A DNA stretch of 64,000 bases. Source: Amphiscolops sp. MND2022 (lineage: Eukaryota). Positions 20,859 through 33,477 of this stretch are shown one piece after another; the first letter of the stretch is position 1, and each line of letters opens with the position of its first letter. The notes beneath the pieces are model-generated. The model was not told where the DNA came from. It was given only the letters and a program-made list of their open reading frames with translations, and ran no database searches. The translations under genes and the position numbers were made by a program. Where the stretch lies: assembly GCA_964187785.1 (NCBI GenBank), contig OZ076409.1, positions 45,076,001-45,140,000 of the forward strand, written 5' to 3'.

Positions 20859-23591
20859 ATGCCATTGACGGAAGCGCAGCAGCAAGTAATTGCCGAGAAA
20901 AGACGCTTGGCTTTACAGAAGCTGCAAAACGCAAAGAACAATCAAAACATTCCAAAACCAGTGTCCGCTCATTCATATTTTCCAACTTCAACACCCGCGC
21001 AGCAACCTACCATCCAAAAACCAACCTCAACTAGTAATCCCGGAAAACCAGCAGCGGCTATTTTTGGGAGAGGAAATGCAATTCCATCTAGCTGGAAAGG
21101 GAGCCCATCCGTTCAAAATTCCTTCTATGGAAGCGCGGCTTCACAAAATAGTGGCAAAACCAATGGGATAGCCTATAATAGTTTCGGAGGAGTCAAGCGG
21201 AAGTTTGAAAACACTCCTTGGGATAATTCCGCGGGATCAAAGAATTATAAACAGTCAAGTGGAACCAATGGCTGGAAGAAATTGGGATACAAGGATGGAA
21301 AATTGGAGGTGAACTTGGTTCTAGTTTCAGCCACTCATTTTGAAATCCGCAGCAAATTTGACAGCGATCTTGTTGCGCTAATCAAGACATTACCCCACCG
21401 AGAATATGATACATTGAGCAAATACTGGAAATTTCCATTTTCAATATATGATAATGTTTTATCGAAACTACAAAGCTCACCCAATCTCCAGATGACATTA
21501 ACAACTCCTCCTAAATTCATGTACAAATTGGCGGAGAATTATTCCAATTTCATAAAAAGGTTAGAGACGTTCAAACTAGATTGGAGCAAATTGCCAAATT
21601 CTGATCAACTTATGCCTTTCCAGAAAGAGGGAATAAGTTGGGCAATATGTCGCAACGGGCGAGCAATCATTGCCGATGACATGGGACTGGGTAAAACTGT
21701 TCAAGCGCTCATGTCTGCGTATTATTTCAAAAACGAGTGGCCTCTTCTGGTTGTATGTCCCTCTTCATTGCGCAATACCTGGGCCGATGCGGTTGTGCAA
21801 TGGCTACCTGATGTGGATCCTGGCGCAATTAGCGTTATTTACACAGCCAGTGATGCCCATTATGACTACAAACCCGAAGTTGTTATTGTGAGTTACTCAA
21901 TGGCTCCGAAAGTCAAAGCCGAGTTGTTGAAGACCAGTTTCAAAGTTGTGATTCTCGATGAGTCACATTTTGTAAAAACTGGGAAAGCTTTGAGGACCCA
22001 AGTTGTTCAGGAGTTGGTGCGAAGTACGCCTCGCTTGTTGTTGCTATCAGGAACCCCTATGTTGTCGAAACCCATTGAAATGTTTACCCAATTGCAACTT
22101 CTTGACAGGGCGTCATTTACTAGTCAAATGATATACGGTACCCGTTATTGTAATGCAAGACAGCAACCATGGGGCATGGATTATAACGGGTCGTCTAACT
22201 TAGAAGAGTTCAAGGTGCTTTTGACATATTGTGGATTTTTGAGACGGATGAAGAGCGAAGTTCTGTCACAATTACCCCCAAAAACAAGAAAGATTATTTC
22301 TCTGGATAAAAACGCAGTGAAGACCAAGGATAAAGGGTTCGCCTGTTTGTCCAAGAAGGTTTGCAGTTTAGAGGCTAGTAAATTAATGAGTGCTCAGAAT
22401 AAACAAATTCTTTTCGAATATTACAACGCTTCTGCTCTAGCGAAATTACCGGCAGTCATAAATTACATAACTGAGATTTTTGAAAGTGGAGTTGAAAAGT
22501 TTCTGCTTTTCGCGCACCACGTTGAAATGTTGGATGGGGTGAGCGACTATTTAAATAAAAATGACATCGATTTTATTCGAATTGATGGGAAGACTTTAGC
22601 TACTGATAGGCAACCTTTAGTTGATAAGTTCCAGACATCCTCGCAGTGCAAAGTTGCTCTTTTATCTATATCTGCAGCCAATACTGGGCTGACTCTCACA
22701 GCAGCTAGTTTAGTCATCTTTGCTGAGCTTTACTGGAACCCTGGAGACTTGATACAGGCTGAAGACAGAGCCTACAGAATAGGTCAACAGTGTAACGTCG
22801 TTGTACATTATTTAATTGCCGAAAAAACGGCGGATGATCAATTATGGCCGATGGTTAAGAATAAACTGGCAGTTATGAAACAAGCCGGTCTCACACATGG
22901 AGACGAGTTCAAAGATGCGGAGTACGGAATGCAGCAAGCAAAAGCTCCTGTGGGACAATCTACTTTGTCATTTTTTGAATCCTCGTCAAATTCAAAACGT
23001 TCTCTGGAGTCTAGAGATGAAGAAAGGGCTTCCTCGAAAACAATAGCTACCATTGAAAGCAAATCTGAAGCCTCGGGGATTAAGGAAGCGGATGCATCAG
23101 CGGTCACGGCCGATCTGACATTGACTCAATGGGACGCAGCTGGAAAGTTTGACGATGACCTCGGGGATCTTGCCGATGACCTCAATGATGATTGGGGTAA
23201 CGATTGCGATGACCTTGACCTCATACAGGCAGCTGATGATATTTTTGGTTCCCATATTCAAACTTGCAGAATCAGTGAATCTAACTGTGACAGCAATTGT
23301 CTATCAACATCGAAACTAGTTTCTTCTGAACCCGCCTCGTCGAAGGTCAAAGGCGTTTCCAATCAAACATCAAATGAAGTGACGGGAACCAGTAGTTTTG
23401 TAAGGACAATTCCGGGATCTTCGAATTCATATGAACTTTCTGCTGATTTAGATTTAACTCATTTGGAGAAGGAGAATGCGCTGAATGATGACAGTATTGT
23501 GTACTTGTCTGACGGAGATAGCAATGGAGATAGTCTGGCATCGGCAAAAATTTCTTCGCCCCAAATTGGCAAGAAACCTGAAGAGAATTGA
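20859..23591 (+). CDS. SMARCAL1: SMARCAL1/HARP annealing helicase (SNF2 family), 910 aa, single coding exon
   Basis: N-terminal RPA-binding motif MPLTEAQQQVIAEKRRLAL. One HARP domain (THFEIRSKFDSDLVALIKTLPHREYD...WKFP). SNF2 motifs ADDMGLGKT, DESH, LSGTP, RIDG, QAEDRAYRIGQ. Confidence 0.95.
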   Translation: MPLTEAQQQVIAEKRRLALQKLQNAKNNQNIPKPVSAHSYFPTSTPAQQPTIQKPTSTSNPGKPAAAIFGRGNAIPSSWKGSPSVQNSFYGSAASQNSGKTNGIAYNSFGGVKRKFENTPWDNSAGSKNYKQSSGTNGWKKLGYKDGKLEVNLVLVSATHFEIRSKFDSDLVALIKTLPHREYDTLSKYWKFPFSIYDNVLSKLQSSPNLQMTLTTPPKFMYKLAENYSNFIKRLETFKLDWSKLPNSDQLMPFQKEGISWAICRNGRAIIADDMGLGKTVQALMSAYYFKNEWPLLVVCPSSLRNTWADAVVQWLPDVDPGAISVIYTASDAHYDYKPEVVIVSYSMAPKVKAELLKTSFKVVILDESHFVKTGKALRTQVVQELVRSTPRLLLLSGTPMLSKPIEMFTQLQLLDRASFTSQMIYGTRYCNARQQPWGMDYNGSSNLEEFKVLLTYCGFLRRMKSEVLSQLPPKTRKIISLDKNAVKTKDKGFACLSKKVCSLEASKLMSAQNKQILFEYYNASALAKLPAVINYITEIFESGVEKFLLFAHHVEMLDGVSDYLNKNDIDFIRIDGKTLATDRQPLVDKFQTSSQCKVALLSISAANTGLTLTAASLVIFAELYWNPGDLIQAEDRAYRIGQQCNVVVHYLIAEKTADDQLWPMVKNKLAVMKQAGLTHGDEFKDAEYGMQQAKAPVGQSTLSFFESSSNSKRSLESRDEERASSKTIATIESKSEASGIKEADASAVTADLTLTQWDAAGKFDDDLGDLADDLNDDWGNDCDDLDLIQAADDIFGSHIQTCRISESNCDSNCLSTSKLVSSEPASSKVKGVSNQTSNEVTGTSSFVRTIPGSSNSYELSADLDLTHLEKENALNDDSIVYLSDGDSNGDSLASAKISSPQIGKKPEEN

Positions 23592-25068
23592 CTCAATTAT
23601 TACTTGTTTATTCATCTGATGATGTTGAAATTTGTGTTTGTAATTTATAGTTAGTAAATTCAATCCTAATTGCGGTTGTTCATTCGCATTCTGTTTCGAA
23701 ATCACTTTTGTTCATGTCTGTTGAGGTTTGCAATGCTTCAGCTTGAAGGCTTTACTGCGAAGTGTAATCTTGAAATGAGGTCACAAAGTTGAGAAGTTGA
23801 AGAGTTACTTTTTTGGCACCATTTCTTCAGCCTCATGTCAAAAGTTTTTTTTTTCAATTTCGTCAATGGTTTTGTTTCGCCGTATAGCAAGACTAAAATG
23901 CATCTGGCATCCCTTTTGCTTTTTATTGACACTGATTTTTGTGAAATTTTTCAAACTTTCCAAATGGTCACCGTTTCAAGATTTTTGTTTTCAGTTGCGA
24001 ATAAGCACTCGGTTCACTGAAAGGTCTCTCCTTCGATATATTCGATTTTTTAGTTAGGAATGAGTGTTTTTCTTCAGCCTAAAGAGTCCGAGCTAAAAGA
24101 TTTTTCAGCACAGCGTTTTTGAAATTTTCGATTTTTTCGATGTTTCAATTTAGGGAAAACCGTTCTTCGAGCCCGAAGGGCCCCTTCGGATAATTTCCGC
24201 ACTGTGAGATTTTAATGAACTCTTTCAAAAACCATCCCAGAGCACAATTGACTCGGCGCTTTCCGAAAGGGCCAGAGTCTGGCCCTTAAGCTTGGTGCCG
24301 ACTTTAGACGGTCCCTTTTAAATTGTTTTTAGCGTGTGTTTTGAAGATTCAAAGTGATGCTGCGGAGTATTTAATTCACCCGCAAAGGTAAGCATAGATG
24401 ACATTTTAGTAGAGGCTTGTTGTTCAAAGACAAGAAATAAATGACAAGAAGTTCATTTATGTTTTTGATTTTCCAATCCGATAACTTTTCGAAAGTCACT
24501 TTTTCGACAATTCATGGCAAGTATTTTTGTACTCTTAACAGATCGAAGTTTTCGTAATTTGTTCTTATATGCATGTGCTCTCAAAATTTTTTTCTTAGTG
24601 ACGTTTTTGTTGCAAACCAACAATTGCTCACCACACTATTTTTGTCACTACTGAAATTTTCACCTATAGCCTATCTCAATATATGGAGAAATAAACGGCA
24701 TAGCGTCAACTCATATCAAATTGAGAAAACGACAACTCATATCAAGCGATAAGTCATATCAATTAGGAAAAAGGTACAACTCATATCAGGTTTGTCTATA
24801 GGTTACAAATACCTAAATTTTGCTAATATCTAATTGTAATAATTTATAATTAACTACAATTAGAAATTTGTAATTATTTTCCATTTTATGCGCTATACTG
24901 AAGATTAGCTATACTGAAGATTTTCTCTGCAACCCTTTTGGATGAAGGTGTGATAAGCGAGTGATTACATACAGGACACTGATATTTACCATAAAATCAT
25001 TATTATCGTTACTGTTTCATTATTTTAGTAATTATTCATCAATTAACTAATGTTCCCTAATCATCTAT

Positions 25069-25473
25069 TTAACCCTTAATGGACCATAGTACGATTTCGT
25101 ACCAGTTAATTTCTGCAATCTTCTAAAGACACCAGCTGACCGTATCGTGAAGAAAACTCTCGTATAAGATTTTCATACGATTTTACATAGCATTGCACGC
25201 CTTTTCATGAAATATTGACATGATGTCTCCGAAATCATGAAAATGGGACCAAAACATCAGAAAAAAATGAGCGCAGATTTTCCGGTTTTCGTTTCTAGCC
25301 TGTTTATCCCACTAGTATTAAGATTGGGTCAAAGTGACTCTAGCATGTGTTGAAACATGCTGAAAGGCAATCAGAGACGCAAAGTTTTGGCGCAAAGTCC
25401 GGAGCCAGTGCGGCGAACATTCTCAGACTTAACCGGCCAATAAGATAGGTTTTAGCGACAGAAACAATCTTCG
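25069..25473 (+). repeat. ~400-bp interspersed repeat, copy 1 (TTAA|CCC start, piggyBac-like end)
   Basis: Highly similar to 34547-34960. Both start TTAACCCT and both stop at ACAATCTTCG. Confidence 0.75.
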
Positions 25474-25735
25474 AGAAGTAACTTCTCAATTGGTGGTTTG
25501 CAATACAACATTTCCATGTCAGAATTTGCTGTTATTTCTAACATGGAAATAAAAAATGTAGTAAAAACAGTGTCGACGCTTACTTTTGCGTGTTAGTGTA
25601 TTAGATGATTATTTGAATGAAAACATTCCACATGCATTTTTTGTGAACTGCAGTGACGATTGTCATGAAAATGCACATTGTAGACAATGACACTAGATGT
25701 CACTTTAATTTCAGGCTTTTTCATGAGCAGATCAC

Positions 25736-26491
25736 ATGGCACAGTTTAAAATCGGAGATCGAGTCTTTGCCAGAGTCAGATCTTATCCCTTCTGGCCCGC
25801 GAAGATTGAGAAGCTTCCTATTGGTAAAAACAAGAAGTACACTGTGATTTTTTATTTCACTTTACAGTTGGGCTACATAGACAAAAATTCAATCGAGCCT
25901 TTCAACGATGAAACAATCGAACGCTTCAAGCCGTTATGCATATCAAAGAATTACTTCAGGGAATCTTTAGAAGATGCATTGGTTGACGAAGCGCAAGAAG
26001 GTGTTATAATTAGAAATGAGAGTGTCAAAATGCTGCCCCTGTATGAAGAGCCTACTGTGAAGAAGAAGAAAGTAGTTGTTGCGCCAATGGATATGGAAGT
26101 ACCAACAACGAGTGAGTCTTCAAGCGATTGTGTCAAAAGTCAAGCAAAGTCCAATTCCACAAGCACAAAGGCTGAGGTGAAGTTGGAGCCCATTTTGATG
26201 CCGGCACCGGAGGATCTTTTTACTCTGCATCTGGACCTAGTCAAAAGTCTTCATCATAAATCGCCTGATCACGAAAAAGCTTTACAGACAATGAGCAAAA
26301 TACAAACTTTTTTGGATTGGCCATCGTTAATAAAAACGGTCCCTGATTTGATAGATAGCATACACAAAATATCGAGGTACTCTAAAAACAAGCAAGTGCA
26401 GTTGAAAGGCGTGCATCTTTACAACAAAATGAAATGGACCCTGTTTTGTAATCGGGAGATAGATTTTTTGGAGAAACAGTTTCCTCTTTAA
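25736..26491 (+). CDS. LEDGF/p75-HDGFL2-like protein: PWWP domain plus integrase-binding (TFIIS-N-like) domain, 251 aa
   Basis: N-terminus FKIGDRVFARVRSYPFWPAKIE is a PWWP domain. C-terminus LHLDLVKSL...LIDSIHKISRY...QVQLKGVHLYNKMK aligns by eye with the LEDGF IBD (IHAEIKNSL...TLKKIRRF...MLYNKFK). Confidence 0.85.
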   Translation: MAQFKIGDRVFARVRSYPFWPAKIEKLPIGKNKKYTVIFYFTLQLGYIDKNSIEPFNDETIERFKPLCISKNYFRESLEDALVDEAQEGVIIRNESVKMLPLYEEPTVKKKKVVVAPMDMEVPTTSESSSDCVKSQAKSNSTSTKAEVKLEPILMPAPEDLFTLHLDLVKSLHHKSPDHEKALQTMSKIQTFLDWPSLIKTVPDLIDSIHKISRYSKNKQVQLKGVHLYNKMKWTLFCNREIDFLEKQFPL

Positions 26492-26712
26492 TACTTGTGA
26501 TTTTTATTTTGATTTCGAAGTAGTTAGCTTGTTTATGTCGAGTTTTTCAATGGGTTTTATATAATGCTTTACGTAATTAAACCTGCAATGAAAAATTTCT
26601 TCATGTGAACTTTATGCTTAGAATGTTGAGTGTTTCGGCTCTTTTCTGTGACGCCCCCCCCCCCATTTCTGAACAATTGCGACGAAATATTTTGGTTTTT
26701 CAGAAGTTTTGA

Positions 26713-27479
26713 ATGAGATACGCCCGAGAGCCCGCGAAGGAGGCTAGCAGTGCCAAGGCCCATGGACGTGATCTTCGGGTGCATTTCAAGTGCACGAGGG
26801 AAACTGCGATGGCTATTAAAGGTATGGAACTGAACCGTGCTAAGAAATATTTGGAAGACGTCATTGCTCATAAAGATATCGTACCGTTCCGAAGATTCAG
26901 AAAAGGCCCTGGACATCATGCCCAATGCAAGAACCATACATGGCCTGTTGGTAGGTGGCCCGAAAAGTCGTGCCGATTTATCCAGAAATTGCTCCAGAAT
27001 GCAGAAGCCAACGCTGAATCAAAGGGACTGGACTCAGATAATTGGTTCATCACTCACATTCAGGCGAGACCAATTTTTTGAAGTTCTGTATTTCGACTGG
27101 TAGTTGGATGTATTCGTTTTGAGCTGGAACTCGTAAAGAGAATTAATCTTTTGGTTATGTTTCGAAATCAGACATTCATTGTGGTTTGAAAGAATGAGCT
27201 TTTTGTGCCCAGGGTCTGTGCGAAGAAGCCAGTGTTCATGCCAGCTTAACTCTCAGCGGTGATTTTAAATCGACAAATCGTGAATCAAAATCGTCGTTTC
27301 AGGTAAATAGAGCCCCCAAAATCAGACGGAGGACCTACCGTGCTCATGGTCGAATTAACCCTTACATGTGCAGCCCCTGTCACGTCGAGTTATTCCTGGA
27401 ACAGAAGGAGAAAGACAACATAGAGTTGCACGAAAAGAAGAAGAAATATGATAAGAAGGGTGCTGCCAAGAAAGCATAA
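26713..27479 (+). CDS. RPL17: 60S ribosomal protein L17 (uL22), 175 aa; exons 26713-27063 and 27303-27479
   Basis: [19 protein letters not shown]...GRWPEKS...HIQ | [29 protein letters not shown]. Phase-0 intron 27064-27302 with a GC donor and TTTCAG acceptor. Confidence 0.96.
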
Positions 27480-27899
27480 TCCTTTTCCCTCATGCATTCT
27501 TGTTGGCTCTCTCGTTCTCAGCAAAATCCTGAAATCAATGTCATTGAGTTTGATTTTTTGATAACATTGATTTTAATTGAGTTATCTACCGTGATCTGTT
27601 TTCCAATTTTCTCTTCAAATTCAGCAGTAATATACAACCATTCTATAGCTGCCTGAGCTTTTTGAACAATCATGGCGACTTTAAAGTAATACATAGCTGC
27701 CCTCTTCTGAAAAAAAAACTATATTCACGTTATAGCTCCGTGATTCAAGTTGACTTTATTTGGTCTTGGGCATATCTGCAAGTATTTTGAAAGGGTAATA
27801 TGATAAGAAAAGGAACTTTTATGTCCGATAACAACTGTACAGTTCGATTGTTATGAGATTAAACTTTCAACTTATACTTTCAGAATGATATAACGGAAC

Positions 27900-29930
27900 A
27901 GACCATAGATGTCGTGGATTAGAATGTTGAAAACGTTCAACAAGGCACAAATGCAATTTGTCAAAATTTCGACAGACTCCGTGGATCGGAACGTTAAAAC
28001 GTTCTCAAAGGTAAAAATTTGTTGTCCGATAGTTTTTATGAAGAGATAATTGCAGTTTTCTGAATGAAAAAGGTCTCAAATTGACACCGAAAAAGACAAA
28101 AACTCAAAAGTTTCCTAATTTCAAAGTTTTTATGCATTTGTTGAATGTTCGACAGGCTTCTTGGATAGGAACGTTTAAAAGGATCAACAAGGCAAAGGTT
28201 GGTTGTCCAAGGCTCTTTCATGAGGAGATATCTGCAGTTGTCTAAATGAAAATTGTCTCAAATTGACCCCAAAAATGATAAAAATCCGAAAAATATCCAC
28301 TTTTCAGTTTTTATGCATTTCCCCCCAATTTTCGACAGATTTTGCGGAGTGGATTGTTGAAAAAGGTCAACCAGGAATAAATGTGTTGTCCAGTTTGCTT
28401 AGTGAAGAGATAAATTCAGTTTGCTATATGAAAAATGTCTCGAATTGACATCGAGAAAGACAAAAGTCTGAAAATTTAATTCTTGTTCAATTTTTGTCAA
28501 TTCATCGATAGACTTCGTGGACTAGATTGCTGAGAACCCTAAACAATGGGAACAGTTGTTGTTAAATGAGCTTTCAACAAGAAATCCGGTCAATTTATAA
28601 AAAACGCCTCATATTGACCCTGAAATTGTCGGATAATTAGAATTTTTCGTTTTTGATGCAATTTCTGTACAATTTTCGCGAGATTTCGTTATAAGCTCCA
28701 ACACAATCAAAAACGAATGAACGTGCTATGCTCTTCTTTTTTGAAGAGAATATTGCAGCGTTTTGCTTCAAAAACACGTCAGAATGACTCCAAATGATTC
28801 GACGTTTTTTTAGAACTTGTGCTTTTTCAATGGTTTTGGAGTCAGAATGTTGGCAAACATTTACCAAAGATTGAACTCATTATCCAGTAGGTTTTCAAAC
28901 AAATATTTTCAGACTTCGGTTAGAAAATGATGTGAAATTGACCGCAAATTGTCGGAAATGTCAAAATTTTGGCCGATTTCTGACACATTTTCAGTGAATT
29001 TTTCTTCGAGTTTGGAAAAACTACGTGAGACAAAAGCTTCGAAAAACTCCAGATTATAAAACTAGGTCCCCGGCACCGACAAAAAGTACGCATATTTTCT
29101 GGACGAAAGTTTCCTCAGAATGACCCAAACAATGCAACAACAAAAATTTCAAGTTTTTTACGTTTCTAGGCAATATTTTGTACAATTTTTGAACTACTTC
29201 TTGCTTGAAATGGTGTAAAAAAAACTCAACAATGACTAATTCTGGTATCCAGTAGGCGATTTTGAAGATACATTTGCATTTTTTATGTTGGGGTTGGCCT
29301 TAAAAATAACCCAAAATCCATGAAACAACAAAAAGCACGGATTTTTGACAAATTAGTCCTAATTTATGTTCAAACCACCAATTTTTTGGAAAAGAACTTC
29401 CATTGACCTGAGCGTTGAAACAATAAGGTATTCAAATTGTAAGTTGAAAAAAAAGGGATGAAATTACTCGAGTTTACAACAGAATTGTCAACAAAATTTC
29501 CGAATTTTCTCATTTCCGACAACATAGTCCGAATTTGGACACTTTCCAAAAATTCATTTTAATCAGAAAGCCTAGAGGATCAGGATTGAAACGTGTAGCT
29601 ACCGGTAGTGTTTCGAAAAGATATCAGACTTATTTAAAAGCATATCTTTCAAAAACTTCACTTGAAAACGTAAACTTCGACCTTATTGGTCAAATATTTA
29701 ATATTCAATAAGTTTCACGCAAAATCATTAGATCAGGAGTGAACCTTCAAAAGAAAATGTTTTTCGAGATACTTCGTGTGCTAGATTGGTTGAAGCATTC
29801 AACAACCAACAACTAAACTCGGTGTCCAGTAGACTTATTTTTGAAGAGACATCTGTAGATTCAAGTTAGAAAAGTTCCCGAATTGACCCCAAAGTTGTCG
29901 AAAATATTTCCAGTTTTTGACAGTTTTGGT
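27900..29930. repeat. Degenerate tandem repeat, period ~170-182 bp
   Basis: (T/C)CTCA(A/G)ATTGAC-like anchor at ~28074, 28256, 28438, 28608, 28783, 28935, 29118 and 29880. Boundaries are approximate. Confidence 0.55.
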
Positions 29931-30070
29931 AAAACTATATGCAATAATATAACATACCGGGACCTCTCAAGTTTCCTAAACTTGCAAAGGACCTAGATTC
30001 GAACTTTTACCATTTTCTCAGTGTCAAAAACTACCCCAAGAAATACGCCTGAAACTCGGAAACCATTTTT

Positions 30071-30623
30071 TAGTGGCGCTTTTCGAAGAAAAACGCAGAC
30101 TATAGTAGTGACTTTTTTTAAGACCAACGAACTGACAGATTTTATAAAGAGTTATAAATAGCTGAGCGGACTTCACTGCACTAACAGTAACTGCAACGCT
30201 AGCTATCACTGCTGGCACTTGGCATAGAGGTTAATTAGGCTTTTTGAGTTTTTGAGGTCTGCCAAGCAGAAGGACGTGGGTTCGAGTCCCGTCCTTGATC
30301 AAATTTTTTGTGCAGGTTTTTTTCGGCTTTGTGAGACATTTTCGCAATTTTTTTTAATGTCCAAAGGGTCCACCCTTCATTTTTTTTCTATTTTGCATAA
30401 GAATGGATGTTCAAAACCTCCCAAAGGGCCCCTTTTACATTTTTTGGCACTGTGCGACTTACCGGAGACCAAAAAACTTCGAAAAAAAATTCAAAAAATT
30501 TCGGATTTTTAAAAAAATTTTTCCTCACGCGGGTACTGTGGAAGAGAATACTTGACACTTTGAAGTCCTTTTGCTATTTTTGAGCCTTAGATATGGCGCC
30601 GACTTGGGCCGTTCCCGGCTTGT
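30071..30623 (+). mobile_element. HINE/DINE-1-like non-autonomous Helentron element containing a tRNA-like segment (~30210-30300)
   Basis: 5' TAGTGGCGC; 3' GGCGCCGACT subTIR, GCCG-TTCC-CGGC hairpin and CTTGT end; T-rich flanks. Confidence 0.7.
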
Positions 30624-33477
30624 TCCTTTAATGAATCACTTGCAAGAACTACTTATTTCTGCTTTAGCAGGAATATTATTGAAATCTCAAACTGTCTACT
30701 TTTTTTGTTCAGTACAATTCTTGTGATACTGAATAATTCAGATATTTTGTTCGGCAGTGACTGTGAGCGTGAGAATTAAATTTCTCAAGCTGCCGACGAC
30801 ATTTCAATTCTAGTGCGATGGAACGAGCGAGTGGTAATTATCCATTCGTATGCTGAGATGAAGCGAGCGAATGTTCGTAATTGTGCTTTCGTTGCCCCGA
30901 GTTATTGAGATGAAGCGAATGGGTGTTAATCATTCGTTCACGGAGAGCTTCGCCTGCATTCAAATGCGAGTGCGAAAGTTCGTCTACGCTTAGTAGTTAT
31001 ATTTTCTTTAGTCCGAGAATTAAAGGCGGTGTAAACTTGTACAGTGATTAATTGTGCGCTAAATAATGATTAAACAGGAGTGTATTGGTATGCCAGATAT
31101 GATTTTTATTAATGGAAGATTAAAACAGAAATAGTACTGAGCCCAGGAGGGGCCTATTTTCTCAAGCCGAAATCAGCTATGTAAACAAGGGGGTACTCTT
31201 TGACCAAATGAAAGTTTCAAAAAGACGCACAGAGTCGAAAAAAATGAATTTAAGTATTTTCCACAATAAGAAAACTCATCAGTTCCCAATGATCAAAAGT
31301 AACAAAGAGGTCACCCTCAAGACTCGGGAAACTCATTTCGTTTACAGAAATTCTCAGAAATTGAAAATTGTGAAAAGTATTTTTCCAATATTGTTTTTAA
31401 AATTGTTTTCTTTACTCGGTAAGTCGCATAGTGCCAAAGAAACGAAAAGTGACAAGCTATCGCAGAATAGATATTTTAGGTGTTTCCTTTGAAAATGGGC
31501 TATGTTGAATCAAAGCTTTTCTTTTCTTCGAACTTATTTGCTATTCTTGAGCCTCAAATTTATGTAATTGTAAAACAGTTGGGGGCGGGAAATATCTCGC
31601 TGCTCAGCGGGCGTCTTGTTGAATGAAACACTTTGAACGACTTGAAAGACCGTATCAAATAATCGAAGGAATGAAATGAACTAAAATGATTCGCAGTGAA
31701 GCAACTTTAAATGAAATATTGACCCTCATTCATCAACTGAAGCTTGCCTAAGCTCATTATGGAAGAATGAAGCCTACCCATACCATGAGCAAAACCAAAA
31801 AAAACGATCCCAAGGCACCAGTTATCTACCATGGCTTGCATGTTACGATGTTTTTAAAGTTTTTACGCGAGATTTCAAGCATCATTGACCGGTCTCAACA
31901 AAGATCACTGATTGAAAAACATTTTCGAAATCGCCAAGGGTTTCAATAAATCGCCTTCACCTGGAGATGTCTCGGCTTCCGAAGCACCCATCTCTTTCTC
32001 CCAAGAAGATGACGGGTCTCTCAGATTTGTTCCATTTGTTGCTCATCATATGTGCTTGTTTGTGATAAAGAATTTTAACGCAGATTCAGACAAGAATTCA
32101 GAAAGCAAAAATTTGATGAATAAAATTTTCGGGATTAGTATTGGATTAACAAAGTAAGAAGGGTAGAAATGCAGAGATAGCAATTGTAAGTTGAGAGATA
32201 AGTAATGCAGTTTTTCCTATGTCAACCATTCAGAGAAATTTATATTTATTGCACAAGGAAATTTTAAAACTAAAAGTCATTTGCTTGGTCTGTAATAATC
32301 TGGCATGAGGGTGTTTCTTCGAGTAGAGAATACAAATGCTTAGTGCTTCGAACTGCATAATATCGCGTAGAGCAGAAAGTTGGCATTTGGGTTGCCCTTA
32401 AATGGTGATCCAAAACATGGATATTCTCAGAGGACAACTTTACCATTAAGAATATGGTGTACTAAATTCGGGTTCCTGGTAATCAATGTATTCTTTTACG
32501 TAATTTTGTTCTGCTTGCTTGTTGGTCCAGTGGGTCACTTTTTCCAATCCTATTTCGAATTTTCATCGTTGGCATCGCGTGATTTCAGAGAGAGTTTCGT
32601 TCACTGTGACAACAGCGTGGCACAAAAACCGCAAATAAAGTGGAATTTATTTACTTAAACTTTACAGTTTAACTTGAAATTCACAGTCAAAAGAACGTCC
32701 GAAGAGAAAAAAGAATATTCATTCAGCATTGGGAGGGTTTTTATATTGAACTTCTTGCTGCCACAGAAGTAGACTCAAAGTACAGAAAGAAGCTCACAAA
32801 AAAGGTCCACAATGTCCCAATATTGGAGAACCTTGCAAAAATTATTCTCGGATGAAAAATTTGACTTTTCAATTTGATATCAAATGCTGACTTAGTTTCA
32901 CAATTGTAAACTCAGGGACTGAATTTTGACTTTGCGAACACGGTAAAGATGTTTGTTCGTTCAAGCTTCCGGGTAAAAAACTCTTCAGCGGTGTATAACT
33001 TTCAGTTTCTTGTGGCGAGAAGTGAGAAAAACTTTCAGGAATTAACGAAAGTTTCATCTTGTAAGAAGAATGACGCCACTCTTAACCAAAACCTTGAGCA
33101 CTCGTTTGGTAATTAAATGCTGCTAACATGAAAGTGTTGTTAATATTCCAGTTCGGCAATAATTCTACTGTGCCTACTGGAATTCATATTCAAGACTTTG
33201 AATGTGGTTTTAACAGTTGATATTTACACGAACAATTTGCAATATTTTTGTTTCCATTTTGGTAACTGTTTTTGTTTGGGTCAACCCTTCGTTTGGGTTA
33301 GAAGCGTGTGAATTTCAGAATCCTCAATCTTAGAAGCGTGTTTATGGTTTAGATACTTTTGTTAAGAAATCCAATGGTATTTGCAAAAAAAGTTCTTTTT
33401 CTCAAACAAAAAATTTCAAGTATTTGGAATTGGTAATTTCTCTTTGTCCTGATCCATGGATGGACTTCATTGTCAAC

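Noticed and set aside
24662..24803. Tiny MITE (ACCTATAG...CTATAGGT with CTCATATCA repeats)
   Set aside because: Only an 8-bp inverted match, no TSD, and a single copy in the window.
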